Assembly (NCBI GenBank): GCA_900299145.1
Contig: OMIN01000058.1
Location: forward strand, 3,843 to 67,842
Length of the DNA: 64,000 nt
Origin: Betaproteobacteria bacterium
Lineage (GTDB): Bacteria; Pseudomonadota; Gammaproteobacteria; Burkholderiales; SG8-41
Direction: 5' to 3'
Made by a program: the position numbers and the translations under genes. Under the pieces are notes generated by a model that worked only from the letters and a program-made list of their open reading frames with translations, searched no databases and was not told the origin of the DNA. Positions within the stretch are counted from its first letter, which is position 1, and the number at the start of each line of letters is the position of its first letter. Below, piece after piece: positions 18,176 to 26,813 of this stretch.

Positions 18176-18553
18176 TTCAAGAACCATCACCGCATCCACC
18201 TCCACCAGCGCATCACGCGGCAAACTCGCTACACCAATCGCCGCGCGCGCGGGATAAGGCTCTGCAACGTACGTCGCCATGATTTCATTCACTTTAGCAA
18301 AGTGCTTCAGATCGGTGAGATACACCGTGAAGCGCACCACGTCATCGAGCGAACCACCCGCGGCTTCGGCCACGGCTTTCAGGTTTTCGAACACGCGCTT
18401 GATTTGTGCGTCGATGCCCTCGACCATTTGCATGGTCCGCGGATCAAGGCCGATCTGGCCGGACAGATAAACCGTGTTGCCCGCGCGCACGGCTTGGGAA
18501 TACGTGCCGATGGCTTTTGGGGCATCATTGGTGTGAATGATTTTTTTTGTCAT
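18170..18553 (-). CDS. ridA: RidA/YjgF-family reactive-intermediate deaminase
   Basis: 127 aa. [15 protein letters not shown]...GQIGLDP...[20 protein letters not shown] is typical of the family. Confidence 0.9.
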   Translation of the reverse strand: MTKKIIHTNDAPKAIGTYSQAVRAGNTVYLSGQIGLDPRTMQMVEGIDAQIKRVFENLKAVAEAAGGSLDDVVRFTVYLTDLKHFAKVNEIMATYVAEPYPARAAIGVASLPRDALVEVDAVMVLEA

Positions 18554-18709
18554 GGCCTACCCGTGTTTGCGGTAATGTCGATAAGCCATCATCGCCCGAA
18601 AAAACCGCAAAATCAATCTTTTGCCGTTGCGTGTATGCGGCGTTGACGAACCCACCGCGGCGGCATACGCTTTTGCGACCTCAACTCTCAACCCGCGAGG
18701 CTCGCCGCC

Positions 18710-20047
18710 ATGCGCCGCTGGTTAGCCGTTTTACTGACGACTCTGACGGGCGCTGTGTTGGCGCAAGTGCCGCCATTGTCACTTACCGCCGTGCAATTGC
18801 GTTTTGATCCGGCATCGCTGCCGCAGGCCATGGCGGCGTACCGCCTGTGGCTCGCCAGCGGGCGCGGCGTGGCCTTGAGTGATGCCGCGATGGCGATGGT
18901 GGCGCCGGGCATATCGTTGAACGCCGCCAATCACGCGCAATACGCGCCAAGAATACAACCCATGATCGCCGCCGTCGGCAAGCGCCTTGCCGACGGCAAC
19001 GCCGACAAGGCCGAATCGGAAGCAGATGCCGCGCGGCGGTTGGGCGCGATGCTCGCTGCCACTGAATGGCAGGCGCTGATCGAAGGCGCGCGACCGGCAA
19101 ATGCCGCGGCGCAATCTTACGTGGACGCCACGCTCGCCATCGCCATGCTGACATCGGCGGGCATCGGCGAGCAGACTTCGCCCGATGCCTCGCGGCTGTG
19201 GGCGCGCGTGCGTGGTATGGCAAGCGCCTACGATCCGGCGGCGGGCAAGGGGCGTTTGCAGCCCGCGGCGTCCACTGCGGAGGCCGCTTTCGACAAGCTG
19301 AAGTCGGCTGTTGAACAAACCGTCCGCGCGCAGCGGGCGCGTTCCGCCGCTGCCGCCTTGGCGCTGGCGCGCGAGTTGTATCCGGATTACGCCAGCGGGA
19401 AGGCGCGCCAGATAGGCAGCGCGGCAAAGATCGAGGCACTGATCGAAGCTTTGCGCATGCCGGAACTCGCGCGATTTTACGGCGCGTTATGGGCCGACAT
19501 CCATGCGTTGGAAGTGCAACTGCGCGTGCATGAACTGGCCCGCGCGGCAGGCCGCCCGGAAAACTGGGACAGTGACGGTACTCGCCGGCCGCGCATGACG
19601 GAATTCATCCTGCCGCGCGTGCAAAAACTCGGTGCTGATGCGCCCACGTCAGATGCGCTGGCGGGCATGCTCACCGAACTGATTTCCGACGTGGACGCCG
19701 ACTGGATGCGTGTTGAAGCTGCCAGCGCGCGCGGTCAAAAGCTGATGCCCACGGTGGAGCGACTCATCATAGCCAGCTTCTGGCGGCGCGGCATTGAGCC
19801 CGCGCGTGCGTGGGCGGGCAACGCCTACCGCGCAGGCGACATTGCGCAGGACGCCATCAACGCGCTGCGTGGCGACCCGAACGGGCGCGATGCCGTGATG
19901 AAGCGGCTGGAACCGCTCGAGCAAAAATCGCAGCCGGTGTACGAGCGCTGGCTCAACTATCAGGTCTCACGCACGCGCGCGGCGGTGCAGCAGGTCATGC
20001 AGCGGGACACCAAGGAAATACGCGCGTTACTCGATAGTCTAAAATAG
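18710..20047 (+). CDS. Hypothetical secreted Ala-rich helical protein
   Basis: Signal peptide MRRWLAVLLTTLTGAVLAQ. No family recognised. Confidence 0.55.
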   Translation: MRRWLAVLLTTLTGAVLAQVPPLSLTAVQLRFDPASLPQAMAAYRLWLASGRGVALSDAAMAMVAPGISLNAANHAQYAPRIQPMIAAVGKRLADGNADKAESEADAARRLGAMLAATEWQALIEGARPANAAAQSYVDATLAIAMLTSAGIGEQTSPDASRLWARVRGMASAYDPAAGKGRLQPAASTAEAAFDKLKSAVEQTVRAQRARSAAAALALARELYPDYASGKARQIGSAAKIEALIEALRMPELARFYGALWADIHALEVQLRVHELARAAGRPENWDSDGTRRPRMTEFILPRVQKLGADAPTSDALAGMLTELISDVDADWMRVEAASARGQKLMPTVERLIIASFWRRGIEPARAWAGNAYRAGDIAQDAINALRGDPNGRDAVMKRLEPLEQKSQPVYERWLNYQVSRTRAAVQQVMQRDTKEIRALLDSLK

Positions 20048-20068
20048 TTCAATAAAAACATACACTTA
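20041..20068 (-). repeat. AT-rich dispersed repeat, copy F
   Basis: TAAGTGTATGTTTTTATTGAACTATTTT. Lies between convergent genes and overlaps the TAG stop of 18710..20047. Confidence 0.85.
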
Positions 20069-20115
20069 TGACTAACAAGCCATGCGGCGCCCGGCTTATT
20101 GAGCTAGTCCAGGTT

Positions 20116-20781
20116 TCATTTCAGTTTTCGCAAGGCGTCCTCGATGGCCAAGCCAAACGGCAGCACGTGCGCTTTGTTCCGATCATCACCTGAATACAGT
20201 GATTGTTGGGAAAGGCCGCGAACGACATAAAATTTCCTGGTCAAACCCATGCTCATGACTTCTGCTCCGGCCTGTCCCGTTGTGCCGGTATTGACGGCGC
20301 CTCGTGTCACTACCACATCCAGCAGATATGCCAGCAGATGCCCCTGAAAAGTATTTCTGACTAGAGAATGCGGCGGCATCATGCCTAACATGAGTTGCCC
20401 GATTCCGCCTTGACGATACGAGATTTCGGCAATCGTCATGCGTAGCTGGTCTTTGGCTGCGGGGTCTATGACGTAACAACCCGATGCGTCAATCACCGCT
20501 GTAGCCTCCCGCGTCAACGCCGGCACGTCCAGCCCCAATCCTTCCAATTGTTGCAGCAGTTGAGGTGATACGACCAGTTCAATGGCGGCGCTGCCACGGG
20601 AATATTCGCATTTCAGTGGAGACACGGGTTCAGCCACGCGGCGCTGGTCGGGAGTGGGCGGCGCAATATGCTGGAAACTGAGCTGCGCGAACGCACAGAT
20701 GTCCACCATGCATAGGATCAGCACAGCGATAGCGTGGGACAGGTTTGTTTTCCAGCGCACGGGTGCCGCTGTGAGGCGCAT
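20116..20781 (-). CDS. Hypothetical exported/membrane-anchored protein (visibly lower GC)
   Basis: N-terminal hydrophobic segment AIAVLILCMVDICAFAQ. No family recognised. Confidence 0.5.
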   Translation of the reverse strand: MRLTAAPVRWKTNLSHAIAVLILCMVDICAFAQLSFQHIAPPTPDQRRVAEPVSPLKCEYSRGSAAIELVVSPQLLQQLEGLGLDVPALTREATAVIDASGCYVIDPAAKDQLRMTIAEISYRQGGIGQLMLGMMPPHSLVRNTFQGHLLAYLLDVVVTRGAVNTGTTGQAGAEVMSMGLTRKFYVVRGLSQQSLYSGDDRNKAHVLPFGLAIEDALRKLK

Positions 20782-20799
20782 GCTTATCGTGGTTCGCTG

Positions 20800-21963
20800 T
20801 TACCCCGGCAACTGCAACACATACTTCGACAAAATATTGCGCTGTATCTCGTTAGAGCCGCCGTAAATCGTGCCGGGGCGCGAGGTATAAAACTGCGCCA
20901 TCAGATCGATTTTTTCGTCAGCCAGCGTAATTTCGTCAGCGTAGGCGCCATATTCCGCGCCCGCTTCCAGCAGCAACTCGGCGAGCTTTTGATAGGTGTC
21001 CATGGCGAACACTTTCAGCATGGAGATATCCGGCCCCAGCGCTTCGCCGCGCCGCGCCTTGTCGACATAGCGCTGATACAGCGAACCCAGGTCGTTGAGA
21101 TCCATTTTGAGTTGCGTGTAGCGGTCGACGAAACCGGGGTCGTCGAAAAGTTTTTGCGCGCGCGCCAGCGTATCGAGCTGCTCGAAGGCCTGCAGCGGGC
21201 GGCGCGGGCTGCCGATATTCAGACGTTCAAAGGTGAGCAGCCCCTTGGCAATGGTCCAGCCTTCGTTGAGTTTGCCGACAAGGTTGTCCTTGTGTGTGCG
21301 CACGTTGTCGAAAAACACCTGGCAAAATTCTTCGTGCCCGGCAATGTTGCGGATGGTGCGAAAGGTGATGCCCGGCGTTTTCATGTCCACCAGCAGAAAG
21401 CTGATGCCGCGCTGCTGCTTGACTTGCTTGTCGGTGCGCACCAGCACGTAAATATTCGTGGCGTGATGTGCCATCGAGGTCCAGATTTTGCTGCCGTTGA
21501 TAACGTAATGTTCGCCGTCAAGTACGGCTTCCGTGCGCAAGCTGGCAAGGTCGCTGCCTGCATTCGGCTCCGAATAACCCTGGCACCACACGTTTTCGCC
21601 CGAAAGAATTTTTGGCAGATACTTCGCGCGCTGTGCTTCGTTGCCAAAACGAATCAGCGTTGGCCCCACCATGGTGACGCCCTGATCGGGCATGCGGCCG
21701 ATGCCCGCGCGCTCGGTCTCTTCCCAGTAAATAATCAACTTGCCGGGTTCGAGGCCCATGCCGCCGTGTTCCACCGGCCAATTGGGTGCGAGCCAGCCTT
21801 TCTTCGACAGCGCCATCCACCACGGCTTGCTTTCCGCCCACGTCAGCCGGCGTGGCAAAAAGCGCAGGTTTTCGGGGTATTCGCTTTCAAAAAACGCACG
21901 CGCTTCCGCACGGAAGGCGTCATCGTCCATTGCGTTGTAATCCACGGCTGCGGTTGCGCTCAT
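20800..21963 (-). CDS. Acyl-CoA dehydrogenase family protein (downstream member of second pair)
   Basis: WCQGYSEPNAGSDLASL and GGSNEIQRNILSKYVLQLPG motifs. Start set at ATG 21963 after AAGGAG. Paralog of 6884..8068. Confidence 0.85.
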   Translation of the reverse strand: MSATAAVDYNAMDDDAFRAEARAFFESEYPENLRFLPRRLTWAESKPWWMALSKKGWLAPNWPVEHGGMGLEPGKLIIYWEETERAGIGRMPDQGVTMVGPTLIRFGNEAQRAKYLPKILSGENVWCQGYSEPNAGSDLASLRTEAVLDGEHYVINGSKIWTSMAHHATNIYVLVRTDKQVKQQRGISFLLVDMKTPGITFRTIRNIAGHEEFCQVFFDNVRTHKDNLVGKLNEGWTIAKGLLTFERLNIGSPRRPLQAFEQLDTLARAQKLFDDPGFVDRYTQLKMDLNDLGSLYQRYVDKARRGEALGPDISMLKVFAMDTYQKLAELLLEAGAEYGAYADEITLADEKIDLMAQFYTSRPGTIYGGSNEIQRNILSKYVLQLPG

Positions 21964-21964
21964 G

Positions 21965-23101
21965 TCACAGTGCTCCTTCAAGAATTTCGGTTTTGGCATA
22001 GCGGCGGCGGTGCGCATGGCCGTTGCCGAGCCACGCCGCCAGCACCATTGCGCGCTTCACATATAGCCCCACGTCGCAGTCTTCGGTGTAGCCGATGGCG
22101 CCATGCATCTGGATTGACTGGCGCGTGATCAGCAACGCCGCATCGGTGCAGCGCGCCTTGACGCGGCTGGCAGTGGCGGCCCGGGTTTTGGCGTCGGGTT
22201 CCCCGTCCAGAATCGCGAGACATTCACCGAGTACCGCCGAGGACAATTCCTGCTGAATGTACAAATCCACCGCACGGTGCTGCAGCGCCTGGAAACTGCC
22301 GATGGCCTTGCCGAACTGCACCCGCGTTTTCAGATAATCGAGCGTGATTTCTAGCGAGCGGCTCATGATGCCACACAGTTCCGCGCCGATGATCGCGGCC
22401 GTGTGATCGATGGCCCGCGCCAGCGATTCCGCGGCCGCCGCACCGCTATTGAGCACCTGCGCCTTCGGCACAATGACGTTGGTGAGTGTCAGCGTGCCGC
22501 TCTGGCGGCCGTCGGCCAGCGCATCGAACTGCAGCGTAGCGCCTGGGGTATCACGGGGAACCGACAACAACACCAGTTCCTGCCCCGACCGCGCCGAGAC
22601 GATATAGCCATCCGCGCTCGTTGCGCCCATGATGAAACGCTTGCTGCCGTTGACACGAAAGCCGTCGCCGGCAGGCGTGGCCTGCACGTTGATGTTGTTC
22701 ACATCAAGCGAGCCGGCTTCTTCCTGCCACGCCACGGCGGGCAGAATCTCGCCCGACACCAGCCCTTCAAGCAGCATGCCTTTGAGCACGTCGTTGCGGC
22801 TGTCGGCGAGCACGCGCACGGCGAGCACGGCTGCGGCAGTCAGCGGCTCCGGCGTCAGCGCGCGCGCGAGGCCTTGCGCGACAATGGCCATATCGCCGAG
22901 CTTAAGGCCCATGCCACCGGACGCTTCCGGCGCCAGCACGCCGAGCCAGCCGAGTTCGGCCATTTGCGTCCACACCTTGCGATCGCATTCCGGGTTGCCT
23001 TCGCGCAGCTTGCGCACGCGCGCAAGATCAGCGCCGCGCGCAAAATCCGCGACGCTGTTAGAGAGCATCGAACGGTGTTCAGTGAAATCCGGTTGAGTCA
23101 T
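21965..23101 (-). CDS. Acyl-CoA dehydrogenase family protein (upstream member of second pair)
   Basis: FGKAIGSFQALQHRAVD and MHGAIGYTEDCD motifs. Start set at ATG 23101 after GGAG; the track's TTG extension reads into repeat copy G. Paralog of 5760..6887. Confidence 0.8.
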   Translation of the reverse strand: MTQPDFTEHRSMLSNSVADFARGADLARVRKLREGNPECDRKVWTQMAELGWLGVLAPEASGGMGLKLGDMAIVAQGLARALTPEPLTAAAVLAVRVLADSRNDVLKGMLLEGLVSGEILPAVAWQEEAGSLDVNNINVQATPAGDGFRVNGSKRFIMGATSADGYIVSARSGQELVLLSVPRDTPGATLQFDALADGRQSGTLTLTNVIVPKAQVLNSGAAAAESLARAIDHTAAIIGAELCGIMSRSLEITLDYLKTRVQFGKAIGSFQALQHRAVDLYIQQELSSAVLGECLAILDGEPDAKTRAATASRVKARCTDAALLITRQSIQMHGAIGYTEDCDVGLYVKRAMVLAAWLGNGHAHRRRYAKTEILEGAL

Positions 23102-23111
23102 GCCGTACTCC

Positions 23112-23138
23112 AAAAAATTCAATTAAAACAGATGCTTA
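23112..23138 (-). repeat. AT-rich dispersed repeat, copy G
   Basis: TAAGCATCTGTTTTAATTGAATTTTTT. Ends at the RBS of the ACAD gene 21965..23101. Confidence 0.85.
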
Positions 23139-23255
23139 TAACAATGCCTCTCCGCGAGACAAAACCCGCTTCAGGGGACAGGCGCACTGTAACGAATATA
23201 ATCGCGCGGCTCAATACCAGAGTAACCCGCAATCAAACTGACATCCGAGGACACC

Positions 23256-23765
23256 ATGAATATTTCCATGTACAACGCTTCCATTCCCGTCATGATTCGC
23301 ATGCTGGGAAATCTTGAAACCATCCTCGACAAAGCGATTGCCCACGCGGGCGCACGCAAGATCGACGACGCGGCGTTTGTCGAGTCGCGCTTATTTCCGG
23401 ACATGTTCACCTTCGCGCGGCAAATCCGCGTTGCCACAGACATGGCCAAGGGCGCGGGCGCGCGGCTCGCGGGCATTGACATCCCGAAGTTCGAGGACAA
23501 CGAGAAAACCCTGCCCGAACTGAAAGCGCGCGTGCGCAAAGCCATCGACTTTCTGCAAACGTTGACCGCCGCGCAGATCGACGGCAGCGAAGATAAAGCC
23601 ATTACCCTCACCGCCGGCAAGAACACCTTCAATTTCAAGGGGCTCGATTACCTGAACGCGTGGGTGCTGCCGAACTTTTATTTTCATGTCACCACGGCGT
23701 ACAACCTGCTGCGGCACGGTGGCGTGGAGATAGGAAAAATGGATTTTCTGGGCAAGGTGCAGTAG
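23256..23765 (+). CDS. DUF1993-family protein (DinB-like helical bundle)
   Basis: Recognised from memory of the family pattern (MY..SIP......L..L...L.KA, RLFPDMF, NFYFH..TAY..LR..GV.IGK.DFLG). Confidence 0.65.
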   Translation: MNISMYNASIPVMIRMLGNLETILDKAIAHAGARKIDDAAFVESRLFPDMFTFARQIRVATDMAKGAGARLAGIDIPKFEDNEKTLPELKARVRKAIDFLQTLTAAQIDGSEDKAITLTAGKNTFNFKGLDYLNAWVLPNFYFHVTTAYNLLRHGGVEIGKMDFLGKVQ

Positions 23766-23802
23766 CCGCACCTCAAACGCTGCCCACAGCGTCACGCCCT
23801 TC

Positions 23803-24795
23803 ATGAGCACGCAGCCGCTGGTGGTGCTGTGGCGCGTGAGCGAACGCTGCAATCTGGCCTGCGCGTTCTGTGCGTATGACCGCAGCCTCGCGCGCGCCCG
23901 CCGCGAGGTCAGCTCAGCGGAGGTGCTGGCGCTGGGCGAAACGCTGGGCCGGTGGCGGCGTGAAACCGGCCGCCGCGTACTGGTCAGTTGGCTGGGTGGC
24001 GAGCCGTTGCTGTGGGCGCCGTTGGCTGAAGTGTCGCGCGTCTACCGCCAGCAGCATGATCTTGCGTTGAGTCTCACCACCAACGGCACGCGTCTGCATC
24101 GTCCTGACGTGCGTGCGTTACTGATGGCGCATTTTGCGGAAATCACCGTGAGTATCGATGGCAAGGGCGGCGTGCATGACGCCTTGCGGGGCAAGCAGGG
24201 GCTTTACGAAGCACTCGTCCGCGCGGTCCGGCAGCTCGCAGTGGAGAAGCGCGCCGCCGGATACGGGCCGTTGCTGCGCGCCAATGTTGTGCTGATGCGC
24301 GACACCATCGCCGGGTTCGCCGATTTGTGCCATGACATCGCAAGCTGGGGAATCGAGGAAATCACCTTCAATCGGTTGGGCGGCGTGGACCGGCCCGAAT
24401 TTTTCCCCGCCCATCACTTGTTGCCGGAGCAGGCCGCAGCCTTTGCGGCAAGCGTGCCGGCACTGCGCCGCGAACTGGCGAGCCGTGGCGTAACGCTGCG
24501 TGGTGCGAACAGCTATCTGGAACGCATTGTCGCCAGCAGCCGTAGTGAACGTTTGGCGCCCGGAGATTGCGCGCCGGGACGTAACTTTCTGTTCATCGAC
24601 GAGACCGGGCGTATCGCCCCTTGTGCGCACACGCCCGCTGACTACGGCATTGCGTTGAAGAGTCTAGCCCGCGAAGAGGGTATCGCTGCCTTGCCGGGCC
24701 GTTTCAGTGACTCGATGTGCCAGCGCCGCTCTGCGGCCTGCGCGGATTGCCACAGCACGCAACACCACGGTAAATTTACCGCGTTAACACCATGA
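23803..24795 (+). CDS. Radical SAM enzyme with C-terminal SPASM/twitch-like Cys cluster
   Basis: CNLACAFCAY (CX3CX2C) near the N-terminus; GGEPLL. C-terminal cysteines in CAPGRNFLFIDETGRIAPC...CQRRSAACADCHS. Confidence 0.85.
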   Translation: MSTQPLVVLWRVSERCNLACAFCAYDRSLARARREVSSAEVLALGETLGRWRRETGRRVLVSWLGGEPLLWAPLAEVSRVYRQQHDLALSLTTNGTRLHRPDVRALLMAHFAEITVSIDGKGGVHDALRGKQGLYEALVRAVRQLAVEKRAAGYGPLLRANVVLMRDTIAGFADLCHDIASWGIEEITFNRLGGVDRPEFFPAHHLLPEQAAAFAASVPALRRELASRGVTLRGANSYLERIVASSRSERLAPGDCAPGRNFLFIDETGRIAPCAHTPADYGIALKSLAREEGIAALPGRFSDSMCQRRSAACADCHSTQHHGKFTALTP

Positions 24796-24801
24796 TGAGC
24801 C

Positions 24802-25392
24802 TTGCTTGCCATGCAACACGCCGGCCCGCCGCTTGAATCGTTGACACGGCGGCTGCTTGATACGCCGCCGGAATTTTTGGCCGAGCCCAAAATTGGCTCG
24901 CGCGGCGTAGTGCACGTGGATGCGCTGCTAGGGGATGTTACGACGATGCTGGGCGAGCGAGCGCCGGCAGGCGAGCTTCGGCGATTTGCAGACCCGGACG
25001 GCGGCGCACGCAATCGACTGGCACTGGCCCAGCTGGCGGCCTGGGTTTGCGCCGATGCGTGGTTTCGCGGAGCGGGCATTGCGCCTGTACGGCTGATACG
25101 CGCGATAGACGCGGCAGCTACGGCGCTGTCGTCGCACGCACCAGCGGCCAGTTTTCTGGCGGATGGCGACCGCCGGGAAGAATTGGTACGCACGCTGCTC
25201 GCCGCGCTGGATCATCGTCCAGCCGATGAATCGATCGAACAGGCGCAAGATCGCCTGGCCAATGTTTCCAGCAGCCAGCGGCAGATTGCCGTGAGCGCCG
25301 CGCGCGGCATGGCCGAGCGGGCGCGCAAAATCCGTGAAGCGCTGGCCCGCAAGGCCGCCGAAGAATCGGCCGACAAAATGTGGCGAGAATGA
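24802..25392 (+). CDS. Hypothetical protein coupled between the rSAM and ligase genes (start TTG 24802 or ATG 24811)
   Basis: Starts 7-16 nt after the rSAM stop. Its TGA overlaps the ATG of the next gene (ATGA at 25389..25392). Ala/Arg/Leu-rich, no family recognised. Confidence 0.55.
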   Translation: MLAMQHAGPPLESLTRRLLDTPPEFLAEPKIGSRGVVHVDALLGDVTTMLGERAPAGELRRFADPDGGARNRLALAQLAAWVCADAWFRGAGIAPVRLIRAIDAAATALSSHAPAASFLADGDRREELVRTLLAALDHRPADESIEQAQDRLANVSSSQRQIAVSAARGMAERARKIREALARKAAEESADKMWRE

Positions 25393-26747
25393 CTGACCCG
25401 GACCCCACCGACGCCGATCGTCACCCGACGCTAAGCGAAGCCGGGCAGCGCATGCTTGATTACCTGGCACAGCACCGGCACGCACCGGTTTTTCGCAACA
25501 AGAGTGGCAGCCGCCTCACTGCCCATGATCTTGCACGGCTGCGCGTATTTGAGGCCGGGGTCGCCGAGGCTGGTTGCGTCGGTCAGCGCGGCGGCGAACC
25601 GCCATGGCTTGCGGATTTCGTGGCGCGTTGTTACGCCGATGTGCCGCACTACAGGGCGCGCGGCGTTGCGCCGTCTGGATTTGAAGCCATTCCCACAACG
25701 CGCCGTGCAGACCTGGCGCACGACATCACCGCTTTTGTGCCCGACAGCGTGGCGCTGGATCGGCTGATTAATTTTCGCACCAGCGGCGTGACCGGCCATC
25801 CGTTGCTGATTCCATCGCATCCGCTGGTGGCGGCGTCTTATTTGGCTTTTCACAGGCTGGCGTTGCGGCGATACGGCATTGAATTGACAGCCGGCCGCAA
25901 TGACGTGGGCGTGGTGCTGCTGGGTTATCAGCGCCAATGCTTCACCTATGTTTCGGTAATTCCGGCAATGGACGAAGCCGGCTACGTGAAGCTCAACCTG
26001 CACCCGGATGACTGGCGCAGCCCCGAGGACCGCGCGCAGTATCTCGACGCGCTGCGTCCGGAGATTTTGTCGGGCGACCCTATCTCATTTTCGGCACTGC
26101 TGGCGCTGTCGATGACATGGAAGCCGCGCGCGCTGGTCTCCACGTCGATGACCTTGTTGCCCGCGCTGCGCAACGAATTGGAGACCCGTTTCAGCTGCCC
26201 TGTGCTTGACGTCTATTCAATGACCGAAGCCGGGCCCATAGGCGTGTACGACGCGTGCGCCGGCGGACACGTGTTGCTGCAGCAACAATTGTTGGTGGAA
26301 ATACTCGACCCCGCCGGCAAACGCGTGCGACTCGGCGAGCGCGGCGAAATCACACTCACCGGCGGATTCAACTTCTGCCTGCCGCTACTACGTTACCGCA
26401 CCGGCGACTACGCCAGCCTTCAAACTCGGAGTAACGAGACTGTCTTGTGCGGACTATCAGGTCGCGCCCCGGTACGATTTCGCACGACTGACGGCGCGTG
26501 GATCAATAACAACGATGTTACCCATGCATTGCGGGCGCTGCCGCTGTGGCAGTATCGTTTGCATCAGCACGCGGACGGGCAACTGCAGTTTGAATATGCC
26601 GTAGATCGGAATATGGACATCGAAGTAACGCGCATTCTGCATGGCATTTTCGGCGCCGATCGTATGCTGGATGTCCGGCAAACCAATTTTGGCAATATCA
26701 AGGTTGTTCCTTACACGTCCGATGCGGTAAGCAACAATGGCATTTGA
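25389..26747 (+). CDS. Adenylate-forming enzyme, PaaK / CapK / coenzyme F390 synthetase-like
   Basis: RTSGVTGHP (AMP-binding loop), YSMTEAGP and RYRTGD motifs in canonical order. Confidence 0.75.
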   Translation: MTDPDPTDADRHPTLSEAGQRMLDYLAQHRHAPVFRNKSGSRLTAHDLARLRVFEAGVAEAGCVGQRGGEPPWLADFVARCYADVPHYRARGVAPSGFEAIPTTRRADLAHDITAFVPDSVALDRLINFRTSGVTGHPLLIPSHPLVAASYLAFHRLALRRYGIELTAGRNDVGVVLLGYQRQCFTYVSVIPAMDEAGYVKLNLHPDDWRSPEDRAQYLDALRPEILSGDPISFSALLALSMTWKPRALVSTSMTLLPALRNELETRFSCPVLDVYSMTEAGPIGVYDACAGGHVLLQQQLLVEILDPAGKRVRLGERGEITLTGGFNFCLPLLRYRTGDYASLQTRSNETVLCGLSGRAPVRFRTTDGAWINNNDVTHALRALPLWQYRLHQHADGQLQFEYAVDRNMDIEVTRILHGIFGADRMLDVRQTNFGNIKVVPYTSDAVSNNGI

Positions 26748-26813
26748 ATAACTGTGTCGTGGCCTGCCCGGGGCTTGTATGCCGGAAACATTCCTGCGCC
26801 ATTCAAAATCCGA

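Noticed and set aside
20734-22128. 464-aa ORF antisense to the second ACAD pair
   Set aside because: It spans two real genes on the other strand and has no recognisable domain. It is a shadow ORF of GC-rich DNA. The same reasoning applies to 5498..6490, 5826..6617, 22403..23317 and 60234..61001.
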